A stretch of 10,325 bases of DNA from Rickettsiales bacterium. GTDB lineage: Bacteria > Pseudomonadota > Alphaproteobacteria > Rs-D84. Below, one piece after another: positions 1-5,791 of the stretch (positions are counted from its first letter, which is position 1; the number at the start of each line of letters is the position of its first letter). The notes below the pieces were generated by a model, which was given only the letters and a program-made list of their open reading frames with translations, was not told where the DNA came from and ran no database searches. The stretch is from assembly GCA_031267375.1 (NCBI GenBank), contig JAIRZE010000046.1, positions 1 through 10,325 on the forward strand, in the 5' to 3' direction. The position numbers and the translations under genes were made by a program.

Positions 1-158
1 TTCAGCAATTGCTCGCAATATGCCTTTAATTTCATACCGGTTTCATCCGCGGCGACCGAATCGGCCAGCGGCAAAGTCCCGGATTCCATTTTTTTCACCA
101 GGTCCTGCAATTGTTTGTACGCTTCTTCAAATGACAGTTTGACAGTTTCTTTTTCCAT
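1..158 (-). CDS. xseB: Exodeoxyribonuclease VII small subunit (partial, C-terminus off window)
   Basis: The minus-strand ORF starts at ATG 158-156 and runs off the left edge. Hand translation is MEKETVKLSFEEAYKQLQDLVKKMESGTLPLADSVAADETGMKLKAYCEQLL, which fits the XseB N-terminal pattern (SFEEA..L..IV..LE.G.L.L..S). An AAGG Shine-Dalgarno-like motif lies about 9 nt upstream. Confidence 0.8.
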   Translation of the reverse strand, partial: MEKETVKLSFEEAYKQLQDLVKKMESGTLPLADSVAADETGMKLKAYCEQLL

Positions 159-178
159 AATAAAAACCTTGTAAACAA

Positions 179-1246
<1,068 letters not shown>

Positions 1247-1257
1247 TCATTTCCGGC

Positions 1258-1286
1258 AGTATAAAACCTTAATTTGCAAAAATCAA
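1258..1286 (-). promoter_or_regulatory. Candidate sigma70-type promoter for mreB
   Basis: Read on the minus strand: TTGATT (1286-1281), 17 nt, TATACT (1263-1258), about 30 nt upstream of the mreB ATG. This is a motif match only. Confidence 0.35.
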
Positions 1287-1301
1287 TTAGATAGTTATAA
1301 T
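1274..1301 (+). promoter_or_regulatory. Candidate sigma70-type promoter for rnpA-yidD
   Basis: TTGCAA (1274-1279), 16 nt, TATAAT (1296-1301). The -10 ends only 7 nt before the rnpA ATG at 1309. This is a motif match only. Confidence 0.4.
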
Positions 1302-1308
1302 AAAGGCT

Positions 1309-1641
1309 ATGAGAAACACTATAAAAAAGCATTCTGATTTTATTATGGCGGAAGACGATCCGGTTTTCCGCTGTCCCTGGTTTATCGCCCGCGCCCGCAA
1401 AACCAAATTTTCCGGCGACGCACGGTTTGGCCTGACGGCGACAAAGCGGACTTTTAAGCACGCGGTGGACAGGAACCGCGCGAAACGGCTGCTGCGCGCC
1501 TGGCTGCGCGCGAACGAAGCGCGATTGAATCCGGAATTGGACTATGTTTTCATAGCGCGCGCGCCGATTTTGGAAACGGATCTGAAAACTGGCAAGAATG
1601 TTATGAAAACAGCGTTGAAAAAATTAGCAATGAGCAATTAG
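1309..1641 (+). CDS. rnpA: Ribonuclease P protein component
   Basis: The 110-aa basic protein has LTATKRTFKHAVDRNRAKRLLRAWLR, which contains the RNR motif (A-V-x-R-N-R-x-K-R) characteristic of bacterial RnpA. It lies immediately upstream of yidD, as in the conserved cluster. Confidence 0.9.
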   Translation: MRNTIKKHSDFIMAEDDPVFRCPWFIARARKTKFSGDARFGLTATKRTFKHAVDRNRAKRLLRAWLRANEARLNPELDYVFIARAPILETDLKTGKNVMKTALKKLAMSN

Positions 1642-1692
1642 CAATGAGCAATTTGAAAGATAAATGCTCATTGCTAATTGCTAATTGCGCAT
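1623..1692 (+). repeat. Inverted array of 7-nt units forming a 24-bp stem across the rnpA stop and yidD start
   Basis: The forward units are ATTAGCA/ATGAGCA/ATTAGCA/ATGAGCA (1623-1650), followed by a 14-nt loop (1651-1664). The inverted units are TGCTCAT/TGCTAAT/TGCTAAT/TGCGCAT (1665-1692). Positions 1627-1650 pair with 1665-1688 at 23 of 24 positions by hand alignment. Confidence 0.85.
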
Positions 1693-1892
1693 TGTTATTA
1701 ATAAAATTCTATCAGTCTTTTATTTCGCCGGCATTCGGCGGGCGGGCCACCTGCCGGTTTGTGCCAAGTTGCAGCGAATACGCAAAGCAGGCGATAGAGA
1801 AATACGGTGCTTTTCGCGGGACTTGGCTGGCTATGAAACGAATCGGCCGCTGCCGCCCCGGCGGCGGCTTTGGGTATGACCCGGTTGGGTAA
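1644..1892 (+). CDS. yidD: Membrane protein insertion efficiency factor YidD
   Basis: The 82-aa ORF has FYQSFISP...CRFVPSCSEYAKQAIEKYG...RIGRCRPGGGFGYDPV, the hallmark YidD motif set. It starts 2 nt after the rnpA stop. Confidence 0.9.
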   Translation: MSNLKDKCSLLIANCALLLIKFYQSFISPAFGGRATCRFVPSCSEYAKQAIEKYGAFRGTWLAMKRIGRCRPGGGFGYDPVG

Positions 1893-1982
1893 AGGACAAA
1901 TGGGCAGATGGACAAATGGATATATGCACCTTCTGAGGCTGTCCTTATTGCCCTTTTGTCCTTTTGTCCATCTGTCCTTTTC
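1892..1982 (+). repeat. GGACA-unit palindromic intergenic element, copy 1 (degenerate)
   Basis: The forward units are GGACA 1894, GGGCA 1902, GGACA 1910 and GGATA 1918. The inverted units are TGTCC 1940, TTGCC 1948, and TGTCC 1957, 1965 and 1973, followed by TTTT. The element starts right at the yidD stop. Confidence 0.85.
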
Positions 1983-2010
1983 TTGACATACGCCTTGGTT
2001 GTGGTAAAAT
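1983..2010 (+). promoter_or_regulatory. Candidate strong sigma70-type promoter for accB(-accC)
   Basis: Consensus TTGACA (1983-1988), 16 nt, TAAAAT (2005-2010) preceded by TGG (extended -10-like). An AGGAAG SD lies at 2031-2036 and the ATG at 2041. Confidence 0.55.
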
Positions 2011-2040
2011 ACGCCCTGCACTTAAAATAAAGGAAGCAAA

Positions 2041-2511
2041 ATGTCATTTCGTTCAAATGTTGAATCTATGTCCAAAATTATGGACGATATGGGTTTGACG
2101 GAACTGGACCTGGAACGCCAGTTTTTATTCGGCGTTTACCGCAAGCATATTCACCTTTCTAAAATTGCGGCCGTGCCGCAATTTCAAGGCATAAGTCAAA
2201 AGGCAGAAGGCACAAGTAATACGCCAGCTGCCAATCATTCAAACCAGGACCTGCCTTCTGCCATTTGCACTATGCCTTCCAACACCTTGAATTCCCCGAT
2301 GGTGGGCGTTGCGTATCTGGCGCCGGAACCGGGCGCAAAGCCATTCACCAGCGTCGGCGCAAAGGTAAAGGCCGGCGACACCGTCGCTTTGATAGAGGCT
2401 ATGAAGACATTTAACCCCGTAAAAGCCGAATCTGACGGAATTGTGAAAGAAATTCTGATTGCCGACGGCGCCGCCGTTGAATTTGACCAGCCTATTATGG
2501 TGATAGAATAA
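2041..2511 (+). CDS. accB: Acetyl-CoA carboxylase biotin carboxyl carrier protein
   Basis: The 156-aa ORF has a C-terminal biotinyl domain, GDTVALIEAMKTFNPVKAESDGIVKEILIADGAAVEFDQPIMVIE, with the AMK biotinyl-lysine, and a Pro/Ala linker. It lies directly upstream of accC. Confidence 0.9.
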   Translation: MSFRSNVESMSKIMDDMGLTELDLERQFLFGVYRKHIHLSKIAAVPQFQGISQKAEGTSNTPAANHSNQDLPSAICTMPSNTLNSPMVGVAYLAPEPGAKPFTSVGAKVKAGDTVALIEAMKTFNPVKAESDGIVKEILIADGAAVEFDQPIMVIE

Positions 2512-2515
2512 CAGA

Positions 2516-2591
2516 GGGAAAGGACAAAAGGACATTTGGACAAATGGACATAAATGATTGTCCTTTTGACCTTTTGTCCATCTGTCCTTTT
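2516..2591 (+). repeat. GGACA-unit palindromic intergenic element, copy 2
   Basis: GGACA occurs at 2522, 2530, 2538 and 2546 on an exact 8-bp period, followed by an 8-nt loop. The inverted units are TGTCC 2559, TGACC 2567, TGTCC 2575 and TGTCC 2583, followed by TTTTATTTTT. Confidence 0.9.
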
Positions 2592-2602
2592 ATTTTTATA
2601 AA

Positions 2603-3952
2603 ATGCCAAACATAAAAAAAGTCCTGATAGCTAATCGCGGCGAAATCGCTTTGCGGATTATTCGCGCCTGCCGCGATATGGGAATTCGCACGGTCGCCGT
2701 GTATTCCACTATTGACAAGGACGCCCTGCATACCAGTCTGGCCGACGAATCGGTCTGCATAGGGCCTGGGCCGGCAAAAGATTCTTACCTTAACGAATCG
2801 GCGATACTTACCGCCGCTTTGCTGACCAACGCGGACGCCATTCATCCCGGATACGGTTTTTTGTCAGAACGGGCGGACTTTGTTGAAAAGGTGGAGCAAC
2901 ACGGCCTGATCTGGGTTGGCCCGACCGCCGCTATGATTACCAGAATGGGCGACAAGGTTAATGCAAAGCGCACTGCGATTGAATGCGGCCTGCCCGTCGT
3001 GCCGGGCAGCGACGGCGCGGTGGAATCTTTGGAATCGGCTTTGACCTGGGCCGGAAAAATCGGATATCCTGTTATGTTAAAGGCGTCCGCGGGCGGCGGC
3101 GGCAAGGGTATGCGACCGGTTATGTCGGCGGAAGAAATGCCGGAAGCCTTTCAGATGACAAAGAACGAGGCGCGCAGCGGCTTTGGCGACGACACTCTTT
3201 ATATGGAAAAATTATTGCTGCACCCGCGACATATTGAATTCCAAGTCTTGGGCGACCAGCACGGAAATGCAGTTATTTTCGGAGAGCGGGATTGTTCATT
3301 GCAGCGCAAGAATCAGAAAGTTATGGAAGAGTGCCCGGCGGCGGCCCTGACCCAGAAACAGCGCGACGATATGATAGAGGTATGCAAGGCCGCGATGAAA
3401 AAGCTGGGCTATACGAATGCCGGAACTTTGGAATTTATGTTTGAAGACGGCAAATTTTATTTCTTGGAAATGAACACCAGATTGCAGGTAGAGCATCCCG
3501 TGACGGAAATGGTTTACGGCGTGGACCTGGTGCGGGAACAGATCCGCATCGCGGCCGGCGAAGAACTGGGGTATTCCCAGGCGAACATAGTTCCGAACGG
3601 CCACGCGATAGAGTTCAGAATAAACGCCGAAGACCCGGAAACTTTCGTTCCGAATCCTGGAACTATCACGCAATACGCGCCTCCGGGGGGATTGGGGGTC
3701 AGAATAGACAGCGCGGTGTATCCGGGGTACAAGATACCGCCGACTTATGATTCATTGATTGCGAAATTGATAGTTTACGCGCCGAATCGCCCGGCGTGCA
3801 TAATGCGCGCGCAAAGGGCCTTGGACGAATTTGTGATAGAAGGGGTAAAAACGACGATACCGCTGCAACAGCGCCTTTTGAAAGCAAAGGATGTAAAGCA
3901 ATTGAACACTGACAATCACTGGCTGGAACATTTCCTGGCAGAGAATAAATAA
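2603..3952 (+). CDS. accC: Acetyl-CoA carboxylase biotin carboxylase subunit
   Basis: The 449-aa ATP-grasp enzyme has KVLIANRGEIALRIIRA, HPGYGFLSE, MLKASAGGGGKGMR and EMNTRLQVEHPVTE, and is full-length colinear with AccC. Confidence 0.95.
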   Translation: MPNIKKVLIANRGEIALRIIRACRDMGIRTVAVYSTIDKDALHTSLADESVCIGPGPAKDSYLNESAILTAALLTNADAIHPGYGFLSERADFVEKVEQHGLIWVGPTAAMITRMGDKVNAKRTAIECGLPVVPGSDGAVESLESALTWAGKIGYPVMLKASAGGGGKGMRPVMSAEEMPEAFQMTKNEARSGFGDDTLYMEKLLLHPRHIEFQVLGDQHGNAVIFGERDCSLQRKNQKVMEECPAAALTQKQRDDMIEVCKAAMKKLGYTNAGTLEFMFEDGKFYFLEMNTRLQVEHPVTEMVYGVDLVREQIRIAAGEELGYSQANIVPNGHAIEFRINAEDPETFVPNPGTITQYAPPGGLGVRIDSAVYPGYKIPPTYDSLIAKLIVYAPNRPACIMRAQRALDEFVIEGVKTTIPLQQRLLKAKDVKQLNTDNHWLEHFLAENK

Positions 3953-3976
3953 AAAATCCGGCAAAACCGAATTTTT
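3952..3976. terminator. Possible short bidirectional terminator hairpin between convergent accC and sspB
   Basis: AAAAATCCGG-CAAAA-CCGAATTTTT pairs at 9 of 10 positions with A/T runs on both sides. It overlaps both stop codons. The stem is weak and AT-rich. Confidence 0.3.
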
Positions 3977-4445
3977 ACTTATTCATTTTCTTTCTGAATT
4001 CGTCCAGGCTGACCACGCGCTTGTCATCGGGAACAACGCCCGCGGGCGCCGCGTCCAGCGGCAACTCTATGTCATTGCCTGCATTGCGAATCGCGACAGG
4101 ATTAAACGGCAGAAGGAAATCTTGGGACGGATCCTTGAATTCCACCAAAGCCGAAAACGGAACGCGGATAAAAAACGGACGGCCGTCAAAAGTCAACTGC
4201 ACCCCGAACTCATTTTCCGAAACATTCAGATTATTATACGAATACTGCAAGACAATCGTCATAACATCCGGATAGCGCATACGCAGAAAATCTGGCAATA
4301 CTACGCCGGGATCGCGCGTTCTGAAAGTTATGAAAAAACACCCGTCGTCGCCCAGGCCGTTGAATTGCGCAAAAATCAGGGCGTCTTTCACAATGGACTT
4401 CAAAGCCCGGTCCAACATATCGGAATAGTTCAGTTTCTTTGTCAT
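3975..4445 (-). CDS. sspB: ClpXP adaptor SspB (alphaproteobacterial-type stringent starvation protein B family)
   Basis: The 156-aa ORF has FFITFRTRDPGVVLPDFLRMRYPDVMTIVLQYSYNNLNV...FGVQLTFDGRPFFIRVPFSALVEFKDPSQDFLLPF. From memory this matches the SspB-alpha core, and the C-terminal VVSLDEFRKK tail resembles the ClpX-binding tail. Confidence 0.75.
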   Translation of the reverse strand: MTKKLNYSDMLDRALKSIVKDALIFAQFNGLGDDGCFFITFRTRDPGVVLPDFLRMRYPDVMTIVLQYSYNNLNVSENEFGVQLTFDGRPFFIRVPFSALVEFKDPSQDFLLPFNPVAIRNAGNDIELPLDAAPAGVVPDDKRVVSLDEFRKKMNK

Positions 4446-5479
4446 AATTCCAACCTTACAAAAACGGCATTGTCAATGCCAGCGAAATTTTCGGCATCTA
4501 TGCCGGTAGCAAAAACCTGGGCGTCCGTTGCCGCCAATTCATCAAAAAATTTCTGGCGGGCGACTGCGTCCAGATGTGCGTCAGCCTCGTCTATCAAAAC
4601 TATCGCAGACTTTCCAGCGCGGGCGCGGATCAATTTCGCGTGCGCCAGAATCAGCTTTAATAAAACAGACTTCTGCTGGCCTGTGGATAAAAACGACGCC
4701 GGCAGATTATGAACTTGTGAAAATACCGCAAAGTCAGATTTATGCGCGCCAGCTATATTCATTTTATCCGCGATCAATTCGCGATTCGCGGCCAGGTAAT
4801 TCGCGTATTCGCGCTCTATATCCGCGGCCGGCGTCTGCATTTCTTCCAGCATTCCGTTGACGCTTATCGCGGCGTCTTCCAAGAAATAATTTATTTCCGC
4901 CGCATAGCGGACGCGCGCGCAGGCGACAGCAACGGCGGTTCCTGCTATCTGGGATTCAATGGGGGCCAGCCAAGCATCCGCGGCGCCATTTTTTAATGCA
5001 AACGCCCGTTCGGATAAAAGCTTGGAAAGCCGGGCCACGCGGCCGGAATGAGCGGGATCAAACCCGGCGACCAGCCGGTCAAAGAAATTGCGGCGATCGC
5101 TGGTAGAGTCCACAAATAATCTGTCTTCGCGCGGGGTCAGCCATACTATCCGCAGATGCGCGGCCAGTTCCGACAGGGGCGCGGAATCGCCGGCGATGCG
5201 GGCGCGGCGGTTTGCGTCGCCGGAATTCCAGGATACGGAAATTTCAGTATCGTCAGTCAGTGCTGCAAAAACTGAAAAACCAGAGCTGCCAAAGCGCGCC
5301 ATATCGCAAATGGGTGCGCCGCGAAAACCCGAATTGCCGCCCAGCATAGACAAAGCCTCTAACACGGCGGTCTTTCCGCTGCCATTGGGACCCGTTATGG
5401 CGATATTCCGGCAGCCATTCGTATTAATGCGAAAGTGTTCGTGGTTGCGGAAATCGGTAAGAGTCAGGGAGTTTATCAT
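4442..5479 (-). CDS. recF: DNA replication and repair protein RecF
   Basis: The sequence has MINSLTLTDFRNHEH, Walker A GPNGSGKT, the signature LSTGQQK and Walker B IVLIDEADAHLD. I chose the start at ATG 5479-5477 because the longer track ORF (to 5704) reads through a tRNA gene. No clear SD precedes it, so the start is uncertain; the alternative is ATG 5521. Confidence 0.85.
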   Translation of the reverse strand: MINSLTLTDFRNHEHFRINTNGCRNIAITGPNGSGKTAVLEALSMLGGNSGFRGAPICDMARFGSSGFSVFAALTDDTEISVSWNSGDANRRARIAGDSAPLSELAAHLRIVWLTPREDRLFVDSTSDRRNFFDRLVAGFDPAHSGRVARLSKLLSERAFALKNGAADAWLAPIESQIAGTAVAVACARVRYAAEINYFLEDAAISVNGMLEEMQTPAADIEREYANYLAANRELIADKMNIAGAHKSDFAVFSQVHNLPASFLSTGQQKSVLLKLILAHAKLIRARAGKSAIVLIDEADAHLDAVARQKFFDELAATDAQVFATGIDAENFAGIDNAVFVRLEL

Positions 5480-5618
5480 TATAGAAACACCGAACGCAAG
5501 AGTGAAAACCCACCCCGTCATCGCTTCGCGATGCCACCCCGCCCAGGCGGGGAATTCGCGCTTCGCGCTCTCCAAACAAAACTTCGTTTTGCTTGGCCAT
5601 TCTTTGCTTTGCAAAGAA
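5480..5618 (-). other. Hairpin-dense spacer between tRNA-Cys and recF (function unknown)
   Basis: Five minus-strand stem-loops were found by hand. They are TTCTTTGC-AAA-GCAAAGAA (5618-5600), CAAAAC-GAA-GTTTTG (5591-5577), GCGC-GAA-GCGC (5568-5558), CCCCGCC-TG-GGCGGGG (5552-5537) and CATCGC-GAA-GCGATG (5533-5519). Confidence 0.5.
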
Positions 5619-5692
5619 TGGAGGCCTGGGTCGGAATCGAACCGGCATACAAGGATTTGCAGTCCTCTGCATAACCACTCTGCCACCAGGCC
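5619..5692 (-). tRNA. tRNA-Cys (anticodon GCA), CCA-encoded
   Basis: The minus-strand sequence is GGCCTGGTGGCAGAGTGGTTATGCAGAGGACTGCAAATCCTTGTATGCCGGTTCGATTCCGACCCAGGCCTCCA. It has a 7-bp acceptor stem GGCCTGG/CCAGGCC, anticodon stem GAGGA/TCCTT with loop CTGCAAA, a T-arm with TTCGATT, and a 3-prime CCA. Confidence 0.9.
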
Positions 5693-5703
5693 ACTTGTCG
5701 CCA

Positions 5704-5732
5704 ATCATAGGTCATACGGCAATGCTTTTCAA
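5704..5732 (-). promoter_or_regulatory. Candidate promoter for tRNA-Cys (possibly also recF-sspB)
   Basis: Read on the minus strand: TTGAAA (5732-5727), 17 nt, TATGAT (5709-5704), ending 11 nt upstream of tRNA position 1. Confidence 0.5.
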
Positions 5733-5760
5733 CATAAAATTTTTATAAATTCGCTTTTTA

Positions 5761-5769
5761 TGATATAAT
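5761..5769 (+). promoter_or_regulatory. Candidate extended -10 promoter for the TolC-like gene
   Basis: TGATATAAT (TG at 5761-5762, TATAAT at 5764-5769) lies 22 nt before the ATG at 5792. The upstream region is AT-rich with only a weak -35 (TTTTAT/TTTATA). An AAGAGAG SD-like motif lies at 5779-5785. Confidence 0.4.
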
Positions 5770-5791
5770 TCCACGATAAGAGAGAATTAAT

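Noticed and set aside
1698-2609. Minus-strand ORFs across the repeat elements (1698..2021, 1712..2056, 2235..2609, 2495..2845, 6994..7446) sharing KGQMDK / ICPFV-type peptides
   Set aside because: Their similarity arises only because each reads through a copy of the GGACA/TGTCC repeat. They are antisense to well-supported genes and lack start contexts.
4122-4712. 196-aa plus-strand ORF
   Set aside because: It is antisense to the sspB/recF junction, where both minus-strand genes have clear family motifs.
5424-5600. Possible 58-aa small ORF (MAKQNEVLFGEREARIPRLGG...) in the tRNA-recF spacer, minus strand
   Set aside because: It has no convincing SD and overlaps the recF start out of frame. 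Its sequence is dictated by the GC-rich hairpins, so an RNA-structure explanation is simpler.
5480-5618. Riboswitch identity for the spacer (for example guanidine-II/mini-ykkC tandem hairpins)
   Set aside because: The hairpin loops are GAA/AAA triloops rather than the ACGR tetraloops of mini-ykkC. I cannot match any riboswitch consensus from memory, so I leave it as an unclassified structure.
5480-5704. N-terminal 75 codons of the 420-aa track ORF (4442..5704, minus), which would extend RecF
   Set aside because: The extension translates straight through the tRNA-Cys gene (5619-5692) and the hairpin spacer. RecF homology begins at MINSLTLTDFRNHEH (ATG at 5479).
5088-5768. 226-aa plus-strand ORF
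   Set aside because: It is antisense to recF and runs through the tRNA-Cys gene and its promoter, so it is not credible as coding.
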